Shown here: positions 26,043 through 38,083 of the stretch, piece by piece
Layout of the letters: the number at the start of each line of letters is the position of its first letter
Numbering within the stretch: the first letter of the stretch is position 1
Origin: Nemertoderma westbladi
Taxonomy: Eukaryota > Animalia > Xenacoelomorpha
Length of the DNA stretch: 64,000 bases
Reading direction: 5' to 3'
Assembly: GCA_032718475.1 (NCBI GenBank)
Contig: JAUCBJ010000751.1
Coordinates: forward strand, 979-64,978
Made by a program: the position numbers and the translations under genes
Notes under the pieces: generated by a model
Told to the model about the DNA's origin: nothing
Database searches by the model: none
Seen by the model: the letters and a program-made list of their open reading frames with translations, nothing else

Positions 26043-28661
26043 ATGCCGCCTAAATCCAAAGGGAAGATCACGTCCCCGCCCACGGCGGACAGCAGCGACG
26101 GCGATGAAACTCTAGAAGCCCGAGGCGGCAGGCGCGCCCCTATCCGAATGGACGACCTCGCGCGAATCCTCGCCCAACAGCAGACTGCTATGGCTCAGCT
26201 GCTGGCGCAACAGCAGGAGGACGCCAACCGTCGCCAGGAGGCTGCGGATGACCGCCTACTTCAACAACAGGCGGCCGCAGACGACCGCATCGCTAAACTC
26301 CTCGCGGCTTTACAACCCGGCATGGCGGCGGCCGCCACACCGGAACTACCGACGACCCAACCCACGTACGCGGGGGCCGTCACGAACCCGGTTCCCCGAC
26401 GCCGGGTAATCGACATCTCGACGATGGAGAAGATCGACGTGGACGTCGAGTTCTCCATGTTCCGCCGGTGGAGACAGGCTTGGCGGGTCCACGCCCACCG
26501 ACAACAGGTCGCTACGTTCCCGCGAGCAGAGCAGGTTTATGCTCTCGTTGCTGCCCTCGGTAGCGGCCTACAGGAGACCATCCGCGTCACCCTACACGTG
26601 GACATCGACGCGGACGATACAACCACAGAGACGGTCCTCGATGCACTCCAGGGCCACCTCCGCGCCAAGAGGAGTATCGCGATCGACGCGATCAAGTTCC
26701 ACGAGCGCCGGCAAGGCGCGACCGAGGGATTCGATTCCTTCCGGGTGGCCCTGGAGGATCTCGCAGACACTGCGGAGCTCTGTGGGAACTGCCGCGACCG
26801 GCAGATCGTTACCCAGATCCTAGTGGGTCTCCGATGTTCAGAGACCCGGACGGAACTCCTCAAGGTTCTTCCTCAACTGACCCTCGAGGACTGCGTGAGG
26901 ATCGCGCAGAGCGTGGAAGCCAGCGAATGGAACGACTCGATCCTCGCGAGCGGGAAACCAGTAAACCTCATCACCCGACCCTGCGTGGCGGAACCCTAGC
27001 GGCCGCAGTTGCGGCAACTGCGGCCGGGAACCCCATGAGGCGGGCTCGGAATGCCCCGCCAAGGGGGTCAAGTGCCACGGCTGTGGCAGGACGGGGCATA
27101 TCAAGCGGATGTGCCGGTCCCGATCCGCCACCAAGAAGAGGGTGTCCACAGTGTACCACTGCCAGAGTATTAGCAGCGTTGCCAACAATCAGGAAACAGC
27201 CTGCAAACTCTCTTATATCGCGGTGGGCCTGACGGACTCCGGGATCGGGAACCTCAAGGGGACGGTTCGTCACTCCCTCCCGGACAGTGGTGCGGCCGCT
27301 AACATCTTTAACCAGGGACTGTTTCTCCGGTTCGGAGGGCGACTCGACGACCTCCTCCCGCTTCGAGATGACGACAAGTTCGAGGCGGCCAACCGACTCC
27401 CCATGGCGGCCGTGGGGAGGTACCCAGTGGAGATCAACTACTGCGGGACGACAGCGACCACTGAGCTGGTCATCTCTCCTGAGTCCGACGGACTGATCCT
27501 CTCGAAGAAGTCCATCCAGGACCTGGACATCCTCCCGCGCACCTTCCCGGCGCCCCTACACAGCCGCGGAACCGTCGCTTCTGTTGCTCCGTCCCCGGCG
27601 ATCCGCTCCCGGGACAATCTCCTCCGCGAGTTCAGCGACGTGTTTGACAACGACTCCGCGCCTCTTCCAATGATGCATGGCCCGCCCATGCGTATCCAGC
27701 TGAAGGACGGGGCCAAGCCGTTCCACGTCAACGGCGCAAGACCTGTCCCGTTCGCGATGCGGGATGAGGTGAAAGAACTCCTCGACAAGCTAGAGCGACG
27801 GGAAGTCATCACCCGGGTCGAGGAACCTACGGAATGGGCCCATCCGATGACGGTGGCGCCTAAACCCAACGGAGGACTGCGACTCTGCGTGGACCTCCGC
27901 CACCTAAACTCGCAGGTCCGACGCCCCTATTACCCGACGCCGAATCCACGGACCGCAGTCGCCGGAGTCTCCACGACTGCAAAGATTTTCTCCGTGTTCG
28001 ACGCAGCCAGTGGCTACTGGCAGGTTCCCCTCAATGAGGAATCCCAACTCCTCACCACCTTCGCGACTCCCTGGGGCCGGTACTGTCACACTCGTAGTGT
28101 GATGGGGCTGATCTCGTCCGGCGACGAGTTTAACCGTCGAGGCGACGACGCCATCCAGGGACTTCCTAACCTCATCAAGGTTGTAGACGATGTACTCCTC
28201 TACAACGATACAATGGAGGAACACATGGAGAACATCGCGAGGTTTATGGAGCGGTGCCGGACCTACGGGATCATGTTACACCCGGGGAAGGTTCAGTTTG
28301 CCCAGACCGAGGTTCGGTTCGCTGGGTACCTCGTCGGCGCCTCCGGGATAAAAGCCGACCCTGAGAAACTGAAGGCGATCGCCGGCTTCCCCTGCCCTGG
28401 GAACATCACCGATCTACGGAGCTTCCTCGGACTGGTGGAGCAACTCGCTCCGTTCTCAGCAGACATCGCTGCCGCGATGTCCCCGCTACGTCCCCTCCTA
28501 AGCACGAAGGCGACCTTCATCTGGACGGTGGACCACAAACGGGCCTTCGAGGCCACCAAGCTGGCTCTGACGTCACCGCCGGCCCTCGTCCCGTTCGACA
28601 CGACCCGGGAGACCCGCCTAGTGACAGACGTGTCCCGGCTGAAGGGCCTCGGCTACGCCCT
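26043..28661 (+). pseudogene. Mag-like gag-pol with one frameshift near 26960-27000, truncated
   Basis: Gag (RDRQIVTQILVGL); CGNCGREPHEAGSEC and CHGCGRTGHIKRMC knuckles lie in the pol frame; protease LPDSGA; RT LRLCVDLR, DAASGYWQ, VVDD; RNase H start LVTDVS. Confidence 0.9.
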
Positions 28662-31600
28662 CTTACTGGCACATAACTGTTTATAAACTAACCTTACTGG
28701 CACATAACTGTTTATAAACTAACCTTATTGGCAGAGAACTGTTTATAAACTAACCTTACTGGCATATAACTGTTTATAAACTAACCCTACTGGCAGAGAA
28801 CTGTTTATAAACTAACCTTACTGACAGAGAACTGTTTATAAACTAACCTTACTGACAGAGAACTGTTTATAAACTAACCTTACTGGCATATAACTGTTTA
28901 TAAACTAACCCTACTTGCAGAGAACTGTTTATAAACTAACCTTACTGACAGAGAACTGTTTATAAACTAACCTTACTGGCAGATAACTGTTTATAAACTA
29001 ACCTTACTAACAGAGAACAGTTTATAAACTAACCTTACTGGCACATAACTGTTTATAAACTAACGTTATTGGCAGATAACTGTTTATAAACTAACCTTAC
29101 TGGCAGAGAACTGTTTATAAACTAACCTTACTGACAGATAACTGTTTATAAACTAACCTTACTGGCAGAGAGCTGTTTATAAACTAACCTTACTGACAGA
29201 GAACTGTTTATAAACTAACCTTACTGACAAAGAACTGTTTATAAACTAACCTTACTGGCATATAACTGTTTATAAACTAACCTTATTGGCAGAGAACTGT
29301 TTATAAACTAACCTTACTGGCATATAACTGTTTATAAACTAACCCTACTGGCAGAGAACTGTTTATAAACTAACCTTACTGGCAGAGAACTGTTTATAAA
29401 CTAACCTTACTGACAGAGAACTGTTTATAAACTAACCTTACTGACAGATAACTGTTTATAAACTAACCTTACTGGCAGAGAACTGTTTATAAACTAACCT
29501 TACTGGCACATAACTGTTTATAAACTAAACTTACTGGCACATAACTGTTTATAAACTAACCTTATTGGCAGAGAACTGTTTATAAACTAACCTTACTGGC
29601 ATATAACTGTTTATAAACTAACCCTACTGGCAGAGAACTGTTTATAAACTAACCTTACTGACAGAGAACTGTTTATAAACTAACCTTACTGGCAGATAAC
29701 TGTTTATAAACTAACCTTACTGGCAGAGAACTGTTTATAAACTAACCTTACTGGCACATAACTGTTTATAAACTAACCTTATTGGCAGAGAACTGTTTAT
29801 AAACTAACCTTACTGGCAGAGAACTGTTTATAAACTAACCTTACTGACAGATAACTGTTTATAAACTAACCTTACTGGCAGAGAACTGTTTATAAACTAA
29901 CCTTACTGACAGAGAACTGTTTATAAACTAACCTTACTGGCAGAGAACTGTTTATAAACGAACCTTACTAGGAGAGAACTGTTTATAAACTAACCTTACT
30001 GGCAGAGAACTGTTTATAAACTAACCCTACTGGCAGATAACTGTTTATAAACTAAACTTACTGACAGATAACTGTTTATATACTAACCTTACTGGCAGAT
30101 AACTGTTTATAAACTAACCTTACTGACAGAGAACTGTTTATAAACCAACCTTACTGGCAGATAACTGTTTATAAACTAACCTTACTGGCAGAGAACTGTT
30201 TATAAACTAACCTTACTGACAGAGAACTGTTTATAAACGAACCTTACTGGGAGAGAACTGTTTATAAACTAACCTTACTGGCAGAGAACTGTTTATAAAC
30301 TAACCTTACTGGCAGAGAACTGTTTATAAACTAACCTTACTGGCAGAGAACTGTTTATAAACTAACCTTACTGACAGATAACTGTTTATAAACTAACCTT
30401 ACTGGCAGAGAACTGTTTATAAACTAACCTTACTGGCACATAACTGTTTATAAACTAAACTTACTGGCACATAACTGTTTATAAACTAACCTTATTGGCA
30501 GAGAACTGTTTATAAACTAACCTTACTGGCATATAACTGTTTATAAACTAACCCTACTGGCAGAGAACTGTTTATAAACTAACCTTACTGACAGAGAACT
30601 GTTTATAAACTAACCTTACTGGCAGATAACTGTTTATAAACTAACCTTACTGGCAGAGAACTGTTTATAAACTAACCTTACTGGCACATAACTGTTTATA
30701 AACTAACCTTATTGGCAGAGAACTGTTTATAAACTAACCTTACTGGCAGAGAACTGTTTATAAACTAACCTTACTGACAGATAACTGTTTATAAACTAAC
30801 CTTACTGGCAGAGAACTGTTTATAAACTAACCTTACTGACAGAGAACTGTTTATAAACTAACCTTACTGGCAGAGAACTGTTTATAAACGAACCTTACTA
30901 GGAGAGAACTGTTTATAAACTAACCTTACTGGCAGAGAACTGTTTATAAACTAACCCTACTGGCAGATAACTGTTTATAAACTAACCTTACTGACAGATA
31001 ACTGTTTATATACTAACCTTACTGGCAGAGAACTGTTTATAAACTAACCTTACTGACAGAGAACTGTTTATAAACTAACCTTACTGGCAGATAACTGTTT
31101 ATAAACTAACCTTACTGGCAGATAACTGTTTATAAACTAACCTTACTGACAGAGAACTGTTTATAAACGAACCTTATTGGGAGAGAACTGTTTATAAACT
31201 AACCTTACTGGCAGAGAACTGTTTATAAACTAACCTTACTGGCAGAGAACTGTTTATAAACTAACCTTACTGGCAGAGAACTGTTTATAAACTAACCTTA
31301 CTGACAGAGAACTGTTTATAAACTAACCTTACTGACAGAGAACTGTTTATAAACTAACCTTACTGACAGAGAACTGTTCATAAACTAACCTTACTGACAG
31401 AGAACTGTTTATAAACTAACCTTACTGGCAGAGAACTGTTTATAAACTAACCTTACTGACAGATGACTGTTTATATACTAACCTTACTGGCAGAGAACTG
31501 TTTATAAACTAACCTTACTGACAGAGAACTGTTTATAAACTACCCTTACTGGCAGAAAACTGTTTATAAACTAACCTTACTGGGAGAGAACTGTTTATAA

Positions 31601-32223
31601 ACTAACCTTACTGGCAGAGAACTGTTTATAAACTAACCTTACTGACAGATAACTGTTTATAAACTAACCTTACTGACAGAGAACTGTTTATGAACGAACC
31701 TTACTGGGAGAGAACTGTTTATAAACTAACCTTACTGGCAGAGAACTGTTTATAAACTAACCTTACTGGCAGAGAACTGTTTATAAACTAACCTTACTGG
31801 CAGAGAACTGTTTATAAACTAACCTTACTGACAGAGAACTGTTTATAAACGAACCTTACTGGGAGAGAACTGTTTATAAACTAACCTTACTGGCAGAGAA
31901 CTGTTTATAAACTAACCTTACTGACAGAGAACTGTTTATAAAGTAACCTTACTGGCAGAGAACTGTTTATAAACTAACCTTACTGACAGAGGACTGTTTA
32001 TAAACTAACCTTACTGACAGAGAACTGTTTATAAACTAACCTTACTGCCAGAGAACTGTTCATAAACTAACCTTACTGACAGAGAACTGTTTATAAACTA
32101 ACCTTACTGGCAGAGAACTGTTTATAAACTAACCTTACAGACAGAGAACTGTTTATAAACTAACCTTACTGACAGTGAACTGTTTATAAACTAACCTTAC
32201 TGGCAGAGAACTGTGTATAAACT
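28662..32223. repeat. 31-bp satellite array, block 4 (array edge)
   Basis: Same monomer, more private variants; 930-bp internal duplication. Confidence 0.97.
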
Positions 32224-32514
32224 TTAGTAAGGTCGTCCAATGAATATTCCATTAGGACTCGACTGTAAACGCTTTTAGGGTTGGATTGCTCCGTCGGGCG
32301 CAATCCGCACAGTAAACGTTAAACCGAGAGGAAGAAGGCGATGTAAGATTAGAGGAAGTTTTAGTGACGAATAAAATACAGAATACTTCAACCTAAAAAT
32401 ATAATAAATAATTAATTAACTTCACAAATTATGTAAAACGGCCCGAATACAAATATAACCGTTCACTAATGGCTTGTAGTTCTGACTCGCCCCACAAAAT
32501 ACATTGCAGTATAA

Positions 32515-32600
32515 AGGTCTGTATAATGTGTGTAAGTTAGTCTACAGGTCTGTATAATGTGAGTAAGTTAGTCTACAGGTCTGTATAATGTGTGTAAGTT
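32515..32600. repeat. Second 31-bp tandem repeat, about 2.8 copies
   Basis: AGGTCTGTATAATGTGTGTAAGTTAGTCTAC. Confidence 0.9.
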
Positions 32601-32672
32601 TAAGTACTGACCTCGCATTGACTGCAATACTGGGCTGGTTCTCCCTGCTTCTTCCCATGCCATCTAACGGCT

Positions 32673-35600
32673 ATGTTCGACTTCCTCAAACCTTCTAAAG
32701 TTAATCGACAGTGCGTAAGCAACCGCAGGAGGGCGTACCTAAACATAAGAGATACCGAGAGTAAACGCAGGATGGCGTACCTAAACATAAGAGATACCGT
32801 GAGTAACCACAGGAGGGCGTACCTAAACATAAGAGTTACCGTGAGTAACCGCAGGAGGGAGTACCTAAACATATGAGATACCGTGAGTAACAGCAGGAGG
32901 GCGTACCTAAACATAAGAGATATCGTGAGCAACCGCAGGAGGGCGTACCTAATCATAAGAGATACCGTGAGTAACCACAGGAGGGCGTACCTAAACATAA
33001 GAGATACCGTGAGTAACAGCTTACAACGTCCGCCAATTGAGGCCGCTCGTGTCGACGGTATACTCGTTGAACCTCCGGACAATCGAGCGGATCTTGTCCG
33101 TCGTATGGTACACGAGGTCAACCTACGCGCTAGACCTTTACCGAACTCATTTTATGGGATCAAAGACCATCCTTATTATGTTAATCTAACTCAATATTAT
33201 ATGGTGAAACCAGAAGATCCTACACACAGTTTAAAGTTTCTACCACTGATAAATCCCCCCGATCTTGTCGAACTCGAACAACTACAGAAACATCTGGATC
33301 AGTTAGTGAAAGTAAACTCATTCAGAAAACCTTACAATGTTTCTAGAATAGAAAAAGATATAATTCCCCCATATAATCTCGATGGATTTATTAAAACTCG
33401 ATTAGTCCATTGGAATCTCGATGTATAATTCGAGGAAGAGAGAATACAGCGATATGGAGATGTAGAGACGTATACTACACATTATCTGAAGTATAGCGAT
33501 CTACCTAGCGCTAGCGAACGCGCCACTTTTTGGCATCCGGTGGGTATGACCATAGAAAACGCCACCAAAGAGTGGAACGAAACTCTTAATGTTATCGAAA
33601 TGTATGGAGTTGTCACTTACGATAACGAAGGCAGCGTTCCGGTTGGAGAACTGGGAACTATGTGGATGATACACATACGTGGGCTAGCTGGTTCTACCCA
33701 TGTGTTTACCCGAGCGTGTTCCGACGTGATCGATTATTCTTTTGAGACTCTCACAGAAATCCAAAAGAAACTCCGACATGGACAATTCGAACTCGCACAG
33801 CGTTACTTCACCGATACCGAGCGCAAACCAGCCATAGGTATAGATGGATCGATGTTACCCCAACCAGTGCTCGAGATGTTGTTTAACGAAAGAATCCTTA
33901 AAATCGGGTCAGCTGTTTATGGAGATCTCCAGAACGACTTCAGGAACATGGAGAATATCCCATATCCTTTCGTAGACACCCAGCTGATTGCTCCCTGGGC
34001 AGAAGGCCAAGGTTTCTTCCGCACTATGTATGCCAATACATCCAGCGGCATCAATAAAGTACAACGAACCTCCATCGGACATCTTGCCTTTCAAGAATAC
34101 GGATGGGATTTCAAAGTCGGAAACCCTATCAACTATCAACAAGTATATGGAGATCATTATTCTTGATTATACTTCGACGGACCATTGACTGCACCTGGCG
34201 TCGTGTATAGCTTCATGAGTGTTCCACTTCATCCCTCATTAGCTATATACACTATCTTCGAAAACGCCGCACTTGCCGGTTGGTTAGCCGATGTGTGCAG
34301 TCGTACTATACGCGCCCATCCCTTGTTACTTGGAACCAAACTCGCCAAGCTAGATGAACACAATAAATTCATCCGCTTTGAATGTTTTAGGCGCTTTCTG
34401 ACTCTGTTCCGTAACGTCGATAGTCAGTTCAAGGACCGTGATCTGACTAAGCTCAGCCTAAGAGACTCAGCGGCTGAGATGTTAGACAGTGCTGGATTTG
34501 CCATTTTCAAGGACGTTTGTATACAGAACTTACATTCCTCTGTCATACAAAGACCCCAAATCCCCACAGGTTATTCTATCGTGGAAGTTCAAACAGTGGG
34601 TTCGCTTGAGAAGACAGCTACATCTACCTCAGCTATGCAATTGGAAGACAAACCAATATGCTTAGAATCCGAAGAGATTCAGCCCACAGCGCCCAGGAGC
34701 AGTGACAACGACTACGTCCTGGAATGGTATCAAGGTCCACAATGTCTCACCGCATACGACTATTGGCATGCCAATTATGTTTCTAGGAAACGTTGCCGAT
34801 TATGCGCATCACGAGACCATTTCACACCGGTGGACTCCAGCATACCCTGCTCCTACTTCCAAGACCAACCTACAATGGAGATCTATTGTGCGTATTGTAG
34901 ACTCAATAACTTACACATCTTTGCAGTCTGCCCTCAATTTATGACTCAATGCCATCATTGCCAGTTTAAAGGACACGCAAGTTTTGATTGCCCTTTCAAC
35001 CGAGATCTGGAAAGCGTAGACGAAATGGTTGCCCTGCGCTACATCCGAGCCTGGGAAGGTAACGCGGATCTCCATTGTGAGTCACGTCATCGATACTACC
35101 CTGGAAGGAGTTTATGAAGGAGTTTATGCGTTTCACACGTATCTCTTTGCTTCCGTTGAGCAAAAATCTCGCACACCGAGCTACGAGCTAATGAAGCGCG
35201 TTGGCGAGAATATTTCGACCAAATTTGTTCGAAAGTACCTCAGGAACATTAATCCTAATGACCTTAATTCCTATAACTTGATCAACTTCATCTGTCAAGA
35301 TCCGGAATATGGTGACTTGTTCATCAACTCGCATCCAGAACTACAGGAAGTTCATAGACGACCCTATGAATATAGAGCCCAAGAACGCGAGTTAGAAAGA
35401 ACCGTCACACTGAGAAAATTCCTCACTACTCACGGTCCACCTACCGCTCTCGTGCAAACGACTCGTCACGGACCAGTAAGAGCTGCTGTCTTGAAACGCG
35501 CTCTAAAGGTTGTTCGACCTCGTTCCACTGAGGTTGATATCGATCAACCGGGTACCTCGACCGGCGGATACACCGACCGTAACCCTAAACCTTCCGATGC

Positions 35601-35724
35601 AATTGTATTGCACCCTTCACCCAGGAGTTATAGTCCTCCTAGTAAAGTGGCTCGCCCAAAAGAGAAAAGGACTCTTGCTAGCCTCAAAAAACTTCGTAAA
35701 CGCCGTTCACGTAAGAAGGACTAA
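32673..35724 (+). pseudogene. Decayed accessory ORF of about 1000 codons: 14-aa repeats, DEDDy 3'-5' exonuclease-like domain, three Cys/His knuckles, basic tail
   Basis: ORFs at 32673, 32883, 33540 and 34185 share one frame, separated by single stops; one frameshift near 35100; motifs VVTYDNEG, LPQPVLEMLFNERILKIGSAVYGD, FVDTQ, SIGHLA, PLHPSLAIYTIFE. Confidence 0.7.
32715..33020 (+). repeat. 42-bp coding tandem repeat, about 7 copies (TVSNRRRAYLNIRD)
   Basis: GAGTAACCGCAGGAGGGCGTACCTAAACATAAGAGATACCGT units. Confidence 0.93.
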
Positions 35725-35879
35725 TTGTTTAGAGTATTTTTATATTTTAGAAACTGTGATTTTTTATATTTTATAGAATTAAATCCCATTCTCTGGGAGC
35801 GGTGTAAAAGCTTTTGCAGACATAACAAGTCATTTTTCCCCGCAATGCGCAGTGTAGGTTCTTTAGCGGACAGTAACAT

Positions 35880-36430
35880 ATTTGCAATACTGCAATATCA
35901 AAGATTGACAGTTTATATTAGTGTGTATATAATTATCATTAGGCTACTAGGCCAAGTGGTAGTACAGTCACAAATCGTTATTAATACAGCAGTACATAGT
36001 TAGAATACCTAAAGTATTACATATTCAAATTTCCCTCCACCTCATTAATCCATAAATCTACTACAATTCCTTTTTTTTTCAAATTAATGTTTAGACCAGA
36101 TTATACATTAATTATTATAGTTTACTATAATAGTCTAGTGTATTATTATAGTTTGTGTTCCATTATGATTTCAATTTTCATAAGCACAGTCCTTCAGTCG
36201 ATCACTATTCCTGATGTCTGCGTTTGACATATTTTTATATTTGTCCATCAATATGTTCGCCTTTGGACCTAATGCCTCGGGGTGTATAGGTCGAATATGT
36301 CGGCGGTTGCGATACAACAACTTTCCAGATGGAACTAGTAATCTATATCGACGATTTCCACAGTGTCTAACAACCATTGCAGGCGTATCCCATCTGATTC
36401 AGCATATCATCAGACTATTTATAATTTGAG
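35880..36430 (-). mobile_element. Gypsy (Mag-like) 3' fragment: integrase C-terminus, PPT, partial LTR
   Basis: WDTPAMVV..RRYRLLVPSGKLLYRNRRHIRP; GAAAAAAAAAGGAAT followed by TGTAG at 36065 on the minus strand. Confidence 0.7.
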
Positions 36431-36539
36431 AATATATGAAAGTTACTATATGCCAGACTTAAGTTTTAATTATTTCGTTTCAATTTCTTATAATGCAACC
36501 AACCACCCACACATCCCATACACACCTAAATAACACTAC

Positions 36540-36920
36540 TAATAATTAATTTGAAAATTATTTATAATTATTAAATATCAATAACTAAAATATATATCGA
36601 TGTTTTTTTAAACTTTTTCAATTTTTTGAATTACTTTAACACATAGACTCAATTTTATTTTGTTTTATCCATGGGCTAATTCATTTTCAGAAATTAATAC
36701 TTTTTAGTATTAAATAATTAATAAATTATTAATAACAAAAATATATATCGATAAATTTTTTTACATTTTTGTTTTTTTGCATTACTTTAACACATAGACT
36801 CCAAATTTCCATGATATATCCACGGGTTAATTAAGTGATTGGTCACTAATATTTATAAGTATTAAATAAATATTAAATTACTTATAAATAAAATTTTCTT
36901 TGATAATTTTTTTTAATTTT
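36540..36920. repeat. Degenerate AT-rich tandem repeat with a unit of about 150 bp
   Basis: AAAATATATATCGAT..ATTACTTTAACACATAGACTC occurs twice, with a partial third copy. Confidence 0.6.
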
Positions 36921-37015
36921 TCGAAATCGGATCGTTTTGGGTCAAAGAGTCACAAAATATAACCCAAATTCTTGGGCTAATTTTTTCGACTAAATCTGTA
37001 TTCAGCCCCAGGGTG

Positions 37016-37359
37016 CCGTGCCAGTGTAGAAGCGTGGCCCAGCTCCCGGGTAGAGAAGTGACACATCACCCCGTGCCCGTGTAGAAGCATGACCCTGCGC
37101 CCGCGTAGAGATGTGACCCGGCGCACGGGTAGAGACTCAACACATCACCCTGTGCCCATGTAGAAGCGTGACTCCGCACCCGTGTAGAAACGTGACCCTG
37201 CGCCCGTGTAGAGACGTGACCCGGCGCCCGGGTAGAGACGTGACACATCACCCCGTGCCTGTGTAGAAGCGTGACCCCGCGCCCATGTAGAAGCGTGACC
37301 CTGCGCCCGTGTAGAGGCGTGACCCCGCGCCCGTGTAGAAGCATGACCCTGTGACCCGA
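37016..37359. repeat. GC-rich 24/32-bp minisatellite, left part
   Basis: CCCGTGTAGAAGCGTGACCCCGCG and GTAGAGACGTGACACATCACCC units; resumes at 51171. Confidence 0.92.
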
Positions 37360-37366
37360 CAGGGTA

Positions 37367-38083
37367 TTGCCTGATAACTTTATAGAAGTAAAGGTGTCTG
37401 AGTCTGTACTCCCAGATATTTCCATTGGCGATATCTCCTTTGCAGAAGTGAAGGCTGCTGCAAAGAGCATTAAGACCAATCGTGCCAGTGGAGTAGATGG
37501 TGTTCCCCCTGAGGTCTTTAAAATACCTGAGTGTTTAAAGCTCATCTATCCCATCATAGTAGACATGTACCGTACAACAAGAGTCCCACAAGAAATGAAA
37601 ACAAATAAGTTGGTGCCAGTTCCCAAGAAGGGCAACCTAACACTCTATGGTTCCTTTCGGGGAATCTCATTGATCTCGATTGCTGTAAAGCTATACAATA
37701 GGATTCTATTAAATCGCATCAGGGATCCCATTGAGAGACTGCTCCGTGGAAATCAGAATGGGTTCCGTAAAGGTCGTGGGACCATGGAGCCCATTTTGGC
37801 ACTTAGAAGGATAATTGAAGAATTATCAAAAAAGAAAGACAGGCATCTGGCTGTTATCTTTGTTGACTTCTTCAAGGCCTTTGATTCAGTCTCACGCTCA
37901 CGTATGTTCAGCATACTTTCATTATATGGGATTCCTGATGAAATTATTGCAGCAATCAGATCAGTATACGATGGTTCGACAACATTTGTGTCTACTGTTG
38001 ACGGTGACACAGAACCATTTGAAGTGTTATGGGGCGTCCTCCAAGGAGACACACTGGCACCATTCTTGTTCATTATTGTGGTT
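37367..38083 (+). pseudogene. LINE reverse transcriptase, N-terminal part
   Basis: Non-LTR RT motifs up to QGDTLAP; interrupted by LTR insertion. Confidence 0.92.

Larger units (their letters stand above)
25777..28661 (+). mobile_element. 3'-truncated Gypsy LTR retrotransposon, Mag-like
   Basis: 237-bp LTR TGTGG..CCACA (25777-26013), PBS, GC-rich gag-pol; ends at the start of RNase H. Confidence 0.92.
32224..35872 (+). mobile_element. 3' portion of a BEL-related LTR element (element C) with accessory ORF and start of the 3' LTR
   Basis: About 35575-35817 matches about 48816-49058 of element B, including PPT-position GGAGCGG and LTR start TGTAAAAGCTTTTGC (35803); left boundary uncertain. Confidence 0.75.

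Noticed and set aside
26940-27010. Programmed gag-pol frameshift in the Mag element
   Set aside because: The shift lies before the zinc knuckles, which would leave Gag without them, and no slippery site is evident; more likely an indel.
1-32223. CRISPR array interpretation of the 31-bp repeat
   Set aside because: Monomers are contiguous with no unique spacers, no cas genes, and the context is eukaryotic.
32600-33121. Hydrophobic minus-strand ORF
   Set aside because: Antisense shadow of the 42-bp repeat.
32874-34166. Stop-codon reassignment or readthrough in the accessory ORF
   Set aside because: Stops are mixed TGA/TAA, one is an AGA-to-TGA change in a repeat unit, and a frameshift is also present; decay is simpler.
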